Positions 21,124 through 31,658 of a stretch of 64,000 nucleotides of DNA are shown here, one piece after another. Within the stretch, counting starts at the first letter, position 1, and each line of letters opens with the position of its first letter. The notes below the pieces were generated by a model that did no database searches, had not been told where the DNA came from, and saw nothing but the letters and a program-made list of their open reading frames with translations. The stretch comes from an uncultured delta proteobacterium (GTDB lineage: Bacteria > Myxococcota_A > Polyangia > Fen-1088): positions 608,001 through 672,000 of the forward strand of contig CAVYGB010000008.1 in assembly GCA_963767925.1 (NCBI GenBank). The letters are read 5' to 3'. Made by a program: the position numbers and the translations under genes.

Positions 21124-21481
21124 CTTCGTACCCCCACCGCGCCGGCACGGCGCCACCGGGAAGACCAGCAAAGCCGGGACCACAGCCGGATGCTTTGTCC
21201 ATAGTTATAGGTAATCACCCACACATCGGATAAACACCAACAAAATTGCGAGCGGTTTTGCCGGGAGTTGCGCGCGGGGACGGTGACGGCGCGGCGCCAA
21301 CCGCGATCCCGGTGTCAGGGCTCTGCGTGGAGTTTTCCACACGGTCGCAGCCGCGTCGGTTGCGGTGGGGTTACGGTAGGCCCTTTCCTTCACCGCCCGA
21401 TGTCGCGCGGGCACGGTCCACGCCGCGCTGGCTCGCCGCTGCCTTGCTGGCCTGGGGCCTGCGTAGGATAAGGGGCTGGTC

Positions 21482-22573
21482 ATGTCACGAGCCGCGGCCT
21501 CGCCCTTCGCGCCCTGTCTGGCCTGCCTGATCCTGGGCGTCTCGTTCTTCGTCGCCCCGCGCGCGGCGGCAGTGGATCCCGCCGAGGTCGAGGAGCTGAT
21601 CCGCATGGGCGTCGACCTGCGGCGCGCCGGCCGCGATCCCGCGGCCTTGCCCTACTTTCGACGCGCGTACGATCTCGAGCGCTCGCCCCGCACGGCGGCG
21701 CAGCTCGGCCTGGTGGAGGCCGCCATCGGCTACTGGCCAGCGGCCGAGCAGCACCTCGTCGAGGCCATGAACGCCGGGAACCACCCCTGGCTCGCGCAGC
21801 ACATGAACGAGATCCGCGCGACCCTCGAACGGGTGCGGGCGTACATCTGCGAGCTCGACGTGGTGGGCGGGCCGGTCGGAGCCGAGGTGATCGTCAACGG
21901 CCGCACCGTTGGTCGGCTGCCGCTGGCCGAGCCGGTGCGGGTGGCCGAGGGCACCGTCCAGGTGACCGTGCGGACGCCGGGGTACATCGAAGCTACCAGC
22001 TCCATCGCCGTGAAGGGCGGGGGGAGCGAGCGGGTCGACGTCGCCCTGGTCCCGGCCTCGGGTTACGTCCCCGGCGCGGTCGATCCCACGCGCCCCTCGA
22101 TCGGCGTGGCGCCCACCCAGCGCCACCCCGCCCACGCCACGCCGCCGCTCCATCTCGGCCTCGACGGGCTGGACGAGGCCCCTCCCGCCCGATGGATCCG
22201 CCCCACCGCCTGGGTGGCGGCCACCGCCGCGATCGCCGCCGGCGGCCTGGGCGGCTACCAGGTGCTGGAGCAGCGGAAGCACCAGCGGAGCTTCAACAAC
22301 TACCGGCCCCCGGGGACGATCGACCGCCCTTGCGCCGTCCTCGCCATCCGCCGCGGCGGCCCGCCCTGCGACGCCATCTACAAGGACGCGCGGCTGGCGA
22401 GCCGGCTGGCCATCATCGGCTTCGCCGGCGCGGGCGTGCTGGCCACCACCGCCCTGGTGGCCTTCGTCGCCTCCTCGGGTGGGACCCGCTACGCGGCGGC
22501 GGACGGCGCGGGCAGCCCCCTGGTGCTGCTGGCTCCGGAGACTGTCTCGCTGGGCTGGTCCCTCGGCTTCTGA
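21482..22573 (+). CDS. TPR + PEGA domain protein
   Basis: Signal; ALPYFRRAY..SPRTAAQLGLVE; GAEVIVNGRTVG; ends GWSLGF. Confidence 0.85.
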   Translation: MSRAAASPFAPCLACLILGVSFFVAPRAAAVDPAEVEELIRMGVDLRRAGRDPAALPYFRRAYDLERSPRTAAQLGLVEAAIGYWPAAEQHLVEAMNAGNHPWLAQHMNEIRATLERVRAYICELDVVGGPVGAEVIVNGRTVGRLPLAEPVRVAEGTVQVTVRTPGYIEATSSIAVKGGGSERVDVALVPASGYVPGAVDPTRPSIGVAPTQRHPAHATPPLHLGLDGLDEAPPARWIRPTAWVAATAAIAAGGLGGYQVLEQRKHQRSFNNYRPPGTIDRPCAVLAIRRGGPPCDAIYKDARLASRLAIIGFAGAGVLATTALVAFVASSGGTRYAAADGAGSPLVLLAPETVSLGWSLGF

Positions 22574-22634
22574 GCGACCGGCGCCGGGAGCGGGGAAAGA
22601 TCCCGCGCTCCGCGGGCGCCCGAGCGGAGTCGGC

Positions 22635-23696
22635 TCAGAAGGGGAACGCGCAGGCCAGGCCGGGGCGAATCAGATCGGGCGCGCAGGCCAGTCGGCCCAC
22701 CGGGGCGGCGCTGGCCCGCTGGTCGCCAGAGCCGGCGGTCAGGTAGAGCACCAGGGCGCTCGCCCCCAGCGCGCCGGCCGCCGAGAAGCCGGCGATCCAG
22801 ATGGTCTGGGCCTTCTTGTAGGCGCTCTTGATCTGGGTGCAGGTCCGGTCCGCCACGTTGGAGCGCGCCAGGATCGCGCCGTTGGTGGTCTCGAGGCACA
22901 TCCGCTTGTTGAAGCTCGCGACCTGGTCGTTGTAGCGCCAGATTCCGTAGCTGGCGACGCCCAGGCTCAACCCGGCGGCGCCGATGGCCACGCCGAGGGC
23001 GGCCTTGCGCCAGGAGGCCATGGGCGCGTGTTCGCCCAGGTCGGCGCCCTCTCCCGACAGGCCCGAGGCTCCCCGCTGGACGGGCCGGAGGCCGCCGGCG
23101 GGACCGGCGCTGCTTCCTTCGCCCTCCTTGTCGAGCCGGATGACCACCGGCTGGTACTGCAGGCCAGCGATGGTGATGGTGCGAAAGCCAGGGCGGTAGC
23201 CGGGCGCGCGCAGCTCGATGTCGACGCTGCCCGCGATCACCCGCACCGGCTGGGGCAAGGGGACCGTGCCGACGGGACGCCCGTTGACCAGCACCTCCGC
23301 CCCCGACGGATCGCCGGTGATCTCGACCCGTCCGACGTTGCGCTTGGCGACCGTCAGCGCCTCCTCGATGGTCTCCCGGTTGGTCCGGATCCACACGTCG
23401 GTGGCGACCGCCTTCAAGGCGTCGGTGAGGTGCTCGTCTGCCTCCACCCAGCGCCCCAGCGCCCACTCGACGAGGCCGAGCTGGGCCGAGGTTCGCGGGC
23501 TCTTGCTGACTTCGTAGGCCCGCCGGAAGATCGGCAACGCCCCTTCGTCGTCGCCCGCGCGGCGGAGGTTGTTTCCCCGGCGCATGAGCTCTTCGGCCTC
23601 GTCGGCGGGGACTGCCCCCGCGCTACCAGCCATCGCCGCGAGCAGGAAGAGGACCGTGATTCCCGTCGCGCGGCGTATGAAATTGGAGCTAAGCAT
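22635..23696 (-). CDS. TPR + PEGA domain protein (paralog of the 21482 gene)
   Basis: ALPIFRRAY..SPRTSAQLGLVE; GAEVLVNGRPVG; ends ACAFPF. Confidence 0.85.
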   Translation of the reverse strand: MLSSNFIRRATGITVLFLLAAMAGSAGAVPADEAEELMRRGNNLRRAGDDEGALPIFRRAYEVSKSPRTSAQLGLVEWALGRWVEADEHLTDALKAVATDVWIRTNRETIEEALTVAKRNVGRVEITGDPSGAEVLVNGRPVGTVPLPQPVRVIAGSVDIELRAPGYRPGFRTITIAGLQYQPVVIRLDKEGEGSSAGPAGGLRPVQRGASGLSGEGADLGEHAPMASWRKAALGVAIGAAGLSLGVASYGIWRYNDQVASFNKRMCLETTNGAILARSNVADRTCTQIKSAYKKAQTIWIAGFSAAGALGASALVLYLTAGSGDQRASAAPVGRLACAPDLIRPGLACAFPF

Positions 23697-23778
23697 CGTT
23701 ACGGTTCTGCACCTTACCAAATCCCAAGGTGTGTGTAATGGATACCTGAACGGTGTTTTCCAGGTCCACGGGGGCGGC

Positions 23779-24504
23779 TCAGGGCGCCCCCGGGAGGCCG
23801 CACAGCCCCTCGACCCGGGCGTCGGCGCAGACCAGGCTGGCACAGCGGCGGCCCCGGCACTCGTCGTCCACCTGGCAGGCGACGCCGTTGGCCTTCCGAG
23901 CCGCGCACGACCCGTCGACCCCCGCCGCGGCGTTGGCGCAATAGCCCTCGACGCACTCGACGTGGTTCTGGCAGGCCCCGCCCACCGGCACGAGCGGCTT
24001 GACGAAGTCGCACATCCGATAGGCGGACAGGCCGCCGCTGACCCGGGCGTCGGCGCAGGACTGGTCGGTGTAGGCCATCAGGCAGGTGGCCAGCGCCCCG
24101 GGATCGTAGGCGGCCCGGCCCTGGCCGATGGCGGCGTTGGCCTGGCCCATCAGCCCGGCCAGCGTCCCGGCGAGGAAGCCCTCGCAGACCGCCTGGGTCA
24201 TCGAGAGCCCGCGGATGCCCTCTGTCGGCTCGCAACAGGCAAAGGTCTTCGCGCAGACCACGGCGGCCACCAGCGCGGGCGCCATCTCCAGCGGGATGCT
24301 GCCCGGCACCGGCGGCGCATCGTAGGCGCCCCCGTCGCCGTCGGTGCCCCCGGCGCCGCCGCTGCCCCCGCCGCCCGACGGTCCGGGATCGCCGCCGGCG
24401 CCACCTTCCGGTCCGGGATCGGCCGGCTTCTGACCGGCGCCACCGCAGGCACCGACGCTGACGCTGGCGGCCGCGACCGTGAGGATAGCTAGAAGACGCA
24501 ACAT
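23779..24504 (-). CDS. Cys-rich lipoprotein
   Basis: GAGGAG RBS, lipobox VGAC, Gly linker, CAKTFACC, GGACQNHVECVEGYC repeats. Confidence 0.8.
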   Translation of the reverse strand: MLRLLAILTVAAASVSVGACGGAGQKPADPGPEGGAGGDPGPSGGGGSGGAGGTDGDGGAYDAPPVPGSIPLEMAPALVAAVVCAKTFACCEPTEGIRGLSMTQAVCEGFLAGTLAGLMGQANAAIGQGRAAYDPGALATCLMAYTDQSCADARVSGGLSAYRMCDFVKPLVPVGGACQNHVECVEGYCANAAAGVDGSCAARKANGVACQVDDECRGRRCASLVCADARVEGLCGLPGAP

Positions 24505-24713
24505 GCTGTTTTCTCCTCGGGCGTGCAAAACCGCCCGACGTTATCGCATGCGCCCTCCGGGGTCGAGCCAGGGGTCGGGGCGCCGCCGCGGGCCGCGGGG
24601 CCGCGATGCAACCGTTTGCATCAACCGCGTTTCATTTCGGCGCGAAGCTTGCCACCGTTTCGCGCCTGCATGCTTGACCCCCGCTGCAGCCGCCGGCCAA
24701 TGTACGTACCGCC

Positions 24714-25793
24714 ATGGCTCAGGACCCCGCAGAGAAAAACGCCGGAAACCCCCAGGACAAGCTGCGCGCTTACCGCCCCGGCCGTGAATTTTTCGTCGGC
24801 ATCGACTCGGACGGTTGCGCCTTCAACTCGATGGAGGTCAAGCACAACGACAGCTTCAGCGTGAACCTCATCAAGTACTTCGGGCTGCAGGGGCTGTCGC
24901 GCCAGGCCCACCAGGCCTGGGACTTCGTGAACCTGTATTCGCAGACCCGCGGCTGCAACCGGTTCAAGGCCCTCGTGCTCGCCTGCGATGAGCTGCGGAA
25001 GATGCCCCGGGTCGCCAGGACCGGCATCGCCGTCCCCGAGCTGCCGTACATCAAGAGCTGGATCAAGAGCGAGACCCAGCTCGGCAACCCCCGCCTCAAG
25101 GAGAAGATCGCCGCCGCCCAGGGGGCCGAGAAGCAGGAGCTCGAGCTGGTCTACGAGTGGAGCAAGGCGGTCAACAAGACCATCGAGGACATCGTCCACA
25201 ACCTGCCCCCCTTCCCGGGCGTGCGGGAGAGCCTGGGCAAGCTGCGCGAACGCGCCGACATCCTCGTCGTGTCGGCCACCCCCCAGGAGGCGCTCGACCG
25301 GGAGTGGGCCGAACACGGCATCGACCGGTTCGTCTCGCTCATCGCCGGACAGGAGATGGGCTCCAAGACCGAGCACCTCGAGCTGGCGGCCAAGGGGAAA
25401 TTTCCCTCCGACCAGATCTTGATGGTGGGCGACGCCCCCGGCGATCTGAAGGCGGCGCGCGACGTGGGGGCCCTGTTTTGCCCGATCAACCCCGGCGACG
25501 AGGAGGCCTCCTGGGAGCGCTTCCTGAAGGAAGGGATCGACAGATTCTTCGGCAAGCGGTATGCGGGGGCCTACGAGGCCGAGCTGATCGCGGAGTTCGA
25601 TCGGCTGCTGCCCCGGAAGACCGCCATCCCGCCTTGGAAGCGCAATCAGGCGGCGACAAGCCTGGGCCCGCGAGGCGACGACGAATGTCCGGCAATTCCG
25701 AGGAGGAGCAACGAAGCGGGGGCGCAGGATCGTCGCCGAATGGTTGATGCAGTTCGAAGACGGCGCACTAGGCCGTCGGCTGTCGAGTGTTGA
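24714..25793 (+). CDS. HAD family hydrolase
   Basis: Motif I GIDSDGC, VVSAT, K, MVGDAPGD; the C-terminal tail after PPWKR may be non-conserved. Confidence 0.85.
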   Translation: MAQDPAEKNAGNPQDKLRAYRPGREFFVGIDSDGCAFNSMEVKHNDSFSVNLIKYFGLQGLSRQAHQAWDFVNLYSQTRGCNRFKALVLACDELRKMPRVARTGIAVPELPYIKSWIKSETQLGNPRLKEKIAAAQGAEKQELELVYEWSKAVNKTIEDIVHNLPPFPGVRESLGKLRERADILVVSATPQEALDREWAEHGIDRFVSLIAGQEMGSKTEHLELAAKGKFPSDQILMVGDAPGDLKAARDVGALFCPINPGDEEASWERFLKEGIDRFFGKRYAGAYEAELIAEFDRLLPRKTAIPPWKRNQAATSLGPRGDDECPAIPRRSNEAGAQDRRRMVDAVRRRRTRPSAVEC

Positions 25794-25821
25794 TCGAGGA
25801 AGAATCAGGAGACGCACACAG

Positions 25822-27274
25822 ATGAGCGAGACGCAAAAAGCGAACATCGGGATGCTCGGGCTGGCCGTCATGGGCAGGAACCTGGCCCTCAACATCGCGG
25901 ACCATGGCTTCCGGGTGGCGGTCTGGAACCGCGACGGATCGGTGACCGACCGGCTGATCGCCGAGAACGCCAAGAGCGGGCAGGCCGCCCTGCTGCCGAC
26001 CAAGTCGATCCAGGAGATGGTGGCCTCGCTCGAGCGCCCGCGCCGCGTGTGGGTGATGGTGAAGGCCGGCAAGCCGGTCGACGACGTCATCGATCAGCTC
26101 AAGCCCCTGCTGGAAAAAGGGGACGTCATCATCGACGGCGGCAACACCCACTTCCAGGAGACGCGCCGGCGCGAGGCCGACCTGCGCGCCCTGGGCCTGA
26201 ACTTCGTGGGCACCGGCGTCTCGGGTGGAGAAGAGGGGGCGCGCCGCGGCCCCTCGATCATGCCGGGCGGTGAGGCCGCGGCCTGGAACTCGCTGCGCCC
26301 GATCCTGGAGGCCATCTCGGCCAAGACCGACTCCGGCCCCTGCGTGACCCACTGTCGGTCCCGACGGCGCCGGCCACTTCGTCAAGATGGTCCACAACGG
26401 CATCGAATACGGCGACATGCAGCTCATCGCCGAGGTCTACGACCTGATGTCGCGGGGCCTGGGGCTGCAGCGCCCCCGAGATCGGCGAGATCTTCGCCCG
26501 CTGGAACGAGGGCCCGCTGGCCTCGTTCCTCGATCGAGCTGACCGCCAAGGTGCTGAGCGTGAAGGACGGCGAGACCGGCCAGCCGCTGGTCGACCTCGT
26601 GCAGGACAAGGCCGGCCAGAAGGGGACCGGCAAGTGGACCGCCGAGATCGCCCTCGACCTCGGCGTCCCCATCCCGACCATCGGCGCGGCCCTCGACGGA
26701 CGCGGTGCTGTCGAGCATGAAGGACGAACGGGTGGCGGCCGCCAGGCGCATCCGGGGCGCGGGCCTCACCGGGACCCTCCCGGCCAGCGACCGCAAGGAG
26801 ATGGTGGCGGCGATCCACGACGCCCTCCTGGCCTCGAAGATCTGCTCGTACGCCCAGGGCCTGCATCTCATCCGCACCGGCAGCGACAAATACTCCTGGA
26901 ACGTCTCGCTCAAGGAGACCGCCCGCATCTGGAAGGGCGGTTGCATCATCCGCGCGCGAGCTGCTCGACACCATCATGCGGCGCTCGAGCGGACGCCCGG
27001 GCTGCCCAACCTGCTGCTCGACGAGGACTTCGAGAAGCGCATGTACGCCGCCCAGCCGGCCTGGCGGCGCGTGCTCGCCACGGCGGTCACCCTGGGGATC
27101 CCGACCCCCTCGATGAGCGCCAGCCTGGCCTACTTCGACAGCTACCGGACCGCCCGGTTGCCGCAGAACCTGACCCAGGCCCAGCGCGACGCCTTCGGCG
27201 CCCACACCTACGAGCGCACCGACAAGCCAGAAGGCGGCTTCGTTCACACCGACTGGCTCGGCACCCGCGGCTGA
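25822..27274 (+). CDS. gnd: NADP-dependent 6-phosphogluconate dehydrogenase (several frameshifts at about 26350-26990)
   Basis: [66 protein letters not shown] across frames. Confidence 0.9.
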
Positions 27275-27312
27275 GCCAACGCCCTCCAGATAGGCCACCC
27301 ATGACCCGTTTG

Positions 27313-27357
27313 CCCTCGCCCCGCGGTCTTCCGCGGGGAGAGGGAAAGGGTGAGGGG
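27313..27357. repeat. REP-like palindromic intergenic element between convergent genes
   Basis: CCCTCGCCCCGCGG-TCTT-CCGCGGGGAGAGGG followed by AAAGGGTGAGGGG. Confidence 0.6.
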
Positions 27358-27442
27358 AGGTTGCCAGGTCGGGCGCCCGTCGCAGACGCGCCCGACCTCT
27401 CCGCACGGCGCGGCCGAGCGGGACAGGTGAGTTCCGCCCGCC

Positions 27443-28302
27443 CTAAAGCACGATCTGCAGGCGGCGGCGGTAGTCCTGGGTCAGCTCGTGCTGGCCGCCG
27501 AGCTGGTCGAAGATCGCGAGCATGGCCAGGCGGGCGCCGTCTTCCTTGAACTTGCGGTTTCGGCAGGCGATCTCGAGGAAGTGGTCGAGCGCCTCCTGGC
27601 TCTGCCCGCGGGCGGCCAGGGCGCTGGCCAGCGCGTAGCGGGCCTCCAGATCCTTCTCGTCCTTGGCCAGCGCGGCCCGGGCCTTGTCCTCCCCGCCGTA
27701 GGCCTCGGCATCGGTGGCGAATTGCAGGCGGCGTTCGAGGGGGGCAGCTCCAGCGCCTGCGCGCTGCGGGGGTCGATCTGGGCGATGGCCGCCCGCGCCT
27801 CCTCGCCGCGACCGGCGTCGACGAGCAGGCGGGCCAGGGCCAGCAGGGCTCGATCCTTGACCTCCTCGTCGCCGGTGAGCCCGCGCAGCGCGGCCTCGGC
27901 CTCTGCCACCCGCCCGGCCCTGGCGTCGGCCTCCGCCTTCTCCAGCGCGGCCACCCCGGGCGCTGGCACCAGCGCCTTGAGGAACCGCTGGATCTGGGGC
28001 GCGGGGATGGCCCCCACGAACTCGGAGACGACCTTGCCGTCCCGGAAGGCCTTCACCGCCGGGATGCCCTGGATCCCGTATTCGTAGGCCAGCTCCGGGC
28101 TCTCGTCGGTGTTCACCTTCACCAGCTCGGCGCGCCCGTCGAGCGCCTTCACCTCGGCCTCGATGATCGGGCCCAGCACCCGACAGGGGCCACACCAGGG
28201 CGCCCAGAAGTCCACGACCACGGGAACCGTCTTCGACCGCTCGATGACTTCGGTGGCGAAGTCCTTGGTCCCGACATCTTTGTACGGCGGTACAGCGCTC
28301 AT
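27443..28302 (-). CDS. Thioredoxin-TPR chaperedoxin (YbbN/CnoX-like), frameshift near 27730
   Basis: VDFWAPWCGPC, TPR helices, C-terminal DGARLAMLAIFDQLG..YRRRL. Confidence 0.88.
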
Positions 28303-28934
28303 TGCTTCTCCACGGCCTTGGGATAGATGGCGTAGCTGCCCACGAACGAGCTCTCGTCGAGGACGTGCCCCTTCAGCGCGGCCACCGCTTCGGGACCCGT
28401 GAAGGTGCCATCGATGGGGAAGCGGGGCACGTCGAGGGCGAACAATCGGAAGTGGTAGTGATGCACCAGGGAGTCGTTCCAGGGCGGGCAGGGTCCGTCG
28501 TAGCCGAAATATTGTCCCTCCATCTCCCGATCACCCCTGAACCAGCCCGTGTAGTCGTTGAGCCCACTGCGCGTCTGGCGCGGGCTCGCGGGCCCCAGCT
28601 TGCCCCGCGCGGTCACGCCCCGGGAGAACTCCCCCTCGGCGATGGGCTTGCTGTCCGCCGGCAGGTCCACGAGCACCCAGTGGTAAAAATCGACCCGCGG
28701 CAGGTCGGGCGGCACCACCCGGTCCTCCTTGTTGACGTCGTCGCCCCGGCTGGGGGCGTCGACATCGACGCACAGGAGCGCCAGCGATCGGGTGGCGGCC
28801 GGAAGGTCGCTCCAGGCCAGGTGTGGGTTGGCGTTGTCCGACAGCTCGACGTGACCCCGCGGCGGATGGCGGCCCAGAGCGTAGTGGGGCGGGATGTAGC
28901 CCCGATTGGGGAAACTATCGCTCCAGAGCTTCAT
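28299..28934 (-). CDS. YbhB/YbcL family Raf kinase inhibitor-like protein
   Basis: NPHLAWSDLP, DVDAPS, FYHWVLVD, GYDGPCPPWND..HHY. Confidence 0.92.
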   Translation of the reverse strand: MKLWSDSFPNRGYIPPHYALGRHPPRGHVELSDNANPHLAWSDLPAATRSLALLCVDVDAPSRGDDVNKEDRVVPPDLPRVDFYHWVLVDLPADSKPIAEGEFSRGVTARGKLGPASPRQTRSGLNDYTGWFRGDREMEGQYFGYDGPCPPWNDSLVHHYHFRLFALDVPRFPIDGTFTGPEAVAALKGHVLDESSFVGSYAIYPKAVEKQ

Positions 28935-29098
28935 GAATCCATTCTTGGGGTCTGGGACCGGAGGGGTCAAGCCAGCCGGTCCCGCCCCCTCCGACGGGCC
29001 GGGCGCGCCCGGGCCCAACCGGGCCCCGGACGCCAGGCGGGCGAAGGATGAGTCGAGGAAACCCTCCGGGGTCTCGAACCGTGTAAAATCGCCGGCCG

Positions 29099-30721
29099 AT
29101 GCCCCGTACACCGGAGCTTCGGGTGCGATCCGCAGATCGGGCGGAGCGTCGCGTCCCGCTGCGAGCCAAGACCACCATCGGACGGGCCGAAGACAGCGAC
29201 ATCTATTTCCCCGATCAGCTGCTGTCCCGCCGGCACGCGGAGATCGAGCTGCGCGCGGACGGCCCCTACATCATCGACCTCGACAGCACCAACGGCACCT
29301 TCCTGAACGGCGAGCGCCTGCACCACGAAAAACGGCTGCACGACGGCGACGTCGTGGCGGTGGGGGGCAACACCCTCATCTTCCGGGAGGTCGACGCCAT
29401 CGAGTCCGAGCGCGCGGCGCGCTACTACTCGCTCAACGAGCTGTCGGCCCGGGCGACCCGCAAGACCATCGACGTCACCCAGCTCGTCAAGGACGACCGG
29501 GTGCTCGGCTCGCTCAGCCGGGTGACGAGCGCGCTGGTGGGGACCTCGCCGCTGCCCGATCTCTACACCAAGGTCCTCGACCTGGTCCTCGACGTCATCC
29601 CCGCCGAGCGGGGGGCGATCATGATGCTGGAGGGCGATCCAGCCCAGCCCCAGGTCAAGGCCTCGCGCAACCGGGCGGGTGGCGCCATCGAACACGTCTC
29701 GAGCTCCATCGCCCGCAAGGTGGTCGAGGGCCGGGTGGCCGTCCTGCTGCGGGACGTGTTCGAGGACGTCTCCCTGCGCGACCAGCCCAGCATCATCGTC
29801 GATCCCATCCGGGCGGTGATGTGCGCCCCGCTCTGGCTGGCGGCCCGGCCGGGGGACGCCGGGACGGTGCTCGGCTTCGTCTACCTCGACAGCCACACCC
29901 GCGATCCCTTCACCGAGAGCGACCTGCAGGTCCTCACCGTGCTGGCCAACTTCGCCGCCACCAAGATCGAGAGCTCCCGGCTGGCCGAGGAGAACATGGA
30001 GAAGCGGCGGCTGGAGGAGGACATGCGGCTGGCCGCCGAGATCCAGGCCAGCCTGCTGCCCCAGGCGGCGCCCCGGGTCGAGGGCTACGAGATCTGCGGC
30101 ACCACCCGCCCCTCGCGCACGGTGGGCGGCGACTACTACGACTTTCTGCTCGACGGCGCGCGGCTGCACGTGGCCCTGGGCGACGTCTCGGGCAAGGGGC
30201 TGGGAGCGGCCATGTTGATGGTGGCCCTGCGAGCTACCGTCCGGGCCTACTGGCGCGACGACGGGCTGGCCGGGGCGGTGGCCCGCATGAACGAGATCTT
30301 CAACCAGACCGTCCCCTTCGACAAATACGCCACCTTCTTCGTGGGCCGGCTCGACGTCGCCAGCGGCCGTCTGGCCTACGTCAACGCCGGGCACAACCGG
30401 CCGCTGCTGATCCGCCGCACCGACCCGGTCGAGGTGCTGGCCGACGGCGGCACCATCCTGGGGGCCTTCGAGACCGGCACCTGGAGCGAGGGGAACGTCA
30501 CTCTCGGTCCGGGCGACACCTTGCTGGTCTTCTCCGACGGGGTGAGCGAGACCTGGCCCGACCCCGACGTGGCCGATCGGCGCCTCACCGAGCTGGTGCG
30601 GGCCAACAGCGCAAACGACGCCATCACCTTGCAGGCCGCCATCTTCACCGAGCTGGATCGGCAGAACGGCCAGCGCCCCCAGGACGACCGCACCGTCCTG
30701 ATCGTGAAGCGGGATCCCTGA
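29099..30721 (+). CDS. FHA-GAF-SpoIIE (PP2C) protein phosphatase
   Basis: IGRAEDSDI..SRRHA..STNGT; VMCAPL; VGGDYYD, GDVSGKG, FSDGV, DDRT. Confidence 0.92.
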   Translation: MPRTPELRVRSADRAERRVPLRAKTTIGRAEDSDIYFPDQLLSRRHAEIELRADGPYIIDLDSTNGTFLNGERLHHEKRLHDGDVVAVGGNTLIFREVDAIESERAARYYSLNELSARATRKTIDVTQLVKDDRVLGSLSRVTSALVGTSPLPDLYTKVLDLVLDVIPAERGAIMMLEGDPAQPQVKASRNRAGGAIEHVSSSIARKVVEGRVAVLLRDVFEDVSLRDQPSIIVDPIRAVMCAPLWLAARPGDAGTVLGFVYLDSHTRDPFTESDLQVLTVLANFAATKIESSRLAEENMEKRRLEEDMRLAAEIQASLLPQAAPRVEGYEICGTTRPSRTVGGDYYDFLLDGARLHVALGDVSGKGLGAAMLMVALRATVRAYWRDDGLAGAVARMNEIFNQTVPFDKYATFFVGRLDVASGRLAYVNAGHNRPLLIRRTDPVEVLADGGTILGAFETGTWSEGNVTLGPGDTLLVFSDGVSETWPDPDVADRRLTELVRANSANDAITLQAAIFTELDRQNGQRPQDDRTVLIVKRDP

Positions 30722-30723
30722 GA

Positions 30724-30743
30724 GGCCCGCCCCGGGGGCGGGC
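30724..30743. terminator. GC-rich hairpin between convergent transcription units
   Basis: GGCCCGCC-CGGG-GGCGGGCC; no clear U-tract. Confidence 0.35.
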
Positions 30744-30815
30744 CCGTCGCGGGCGCACTAGCCGGGATTATTCATCAGGCGGCAACGCTGGCGGTCGCGC
30801 GGCCACCGGCGCCGT

Positions 30816-30867
30816 GTTCCCGATCGTTCCCGTTCCCGTTCCCGTTCCCGTTCCCGGACCCGTTCCC
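30816..30867 (+). repeat. Subterminal (GTTCCC)n array, left end
   Basis: GTTCCC-GATC-(GTTCCC)5-GGACCC-GTTCCC. Confidence 0.95.
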
Positions 30868-30960
30868 GGTTTTTCGGACTGGGGCCCACGCAATGGGCGA
30901 CTGAGGGCAGGGCTGCGGCCCAGCGGCGGGGGAATAGAAGGCGAAGGGAATGTGGGCGAT

Positions 30961-31581
30961 TCAGCCGAAGGGCTGCGGCGATAGCAGCCGCCTGGCGATG
31001 CGAGCCCAAAGTGACTGCCAGGGATGGCTGGAGGCCAGATGAAACCAGATGCGACGGGCGGAGCCGAGCACGCGCACACCGATCTTGAGCAGGCAGGCGG
31101 AGGGTGTCCATCTGGGCATCGGCGAGCTCGGTGCCGTGTGCGGCGCGGCGGAGCATATACATGAGGACGTAGGCGGCGGCGTGCGGGAGCAGGCGAAACT
31201 GGTTGGCCCAGAAGCGGTGACAGCTCAGGCGGTCGGCCCTGAGCGCCCGCTTGAGGTCCCTGATGGAGTTTTCGCAGGCGTCGGCTCGCTGCACATAGCA
31301 ACGGTCGTACAGCTTCTGGGGGTCACCAGCAAGATTGGTCACCACGAAGCGAACGTTCGAGCCTTGCTCGGTGTGCTCGGCCTTGATGATCATGCGGTAG
31401 CTGAGCGGCCAGCGCTTGCGACCCGTTCCCATGGAGCGATATCGGTCAGGCCGAGGCGCCGGTCGGCCTGCCGCAGGAGCAGGAGCCCACCGTCGCGGGA
31501 GATGGGCCCGGCGTCGAAGGCCGCTCGTACCTGCCGGCGCCCCGCGAACGGGAAGTCGATTTGGCTGGTATCCTCGTGCAT
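30961..31581 (-). pseudogene. IS1380-family transposase with a large internal deletion and a frameshift
   Basis: N-terminal AFDAGPISRDGGLLLLRQADRRLGL joined at about 31435 to RMIIKAE..NVRFVVTNL..CENSIRDLK..DRLSCHRFWANQFRL, then a shift to LLKIGVRV..RRIWFHLASSHPW, TGA at 30961. Confidence 0.88.
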
Positions 31582-31658
31582 CGAGCGGCCCTCCTCGTCG
31601 TTGCCTTCTGGTCTCGCAACCGAAAAGCAGTGCGAGAAGTGTGCCGCTCGATTCTTCT

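Noticed and set aside
24639..24654. Possible sigma54 -24/-12 promoter (TGGCAAGCTTCGCGC, minus strand)
   Set aside because: The GG-N10-GC spacing fits, but the conserved TT before GC is missing. Too weak in GC-rich DNA.
26350..27000. Multiple frameshifts in gnd (also thioredoxin ~27730, M16 peptidase ~36135, SIR2-TPR ~61575) as programmed frameshifting or pseudogenes
   Set aside because: These are isolated indels in otherwise well-conserved genes with no slippery-site pattern. Sequencing or consensus error is the simplest explanation.
30816..30867. Hexamer arrays as a CRISPR array
   Set aside because: They are 6-bp tandem units with no spacers, and no cas genes are present in the window.
30758..30960. 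ORF-track extension of the transposase with ERERERER / PVPVPVP peptides
   Set aside because: This is translation of the non-coding hexamer array after a frameshift. The real transposase stop is at 30961.
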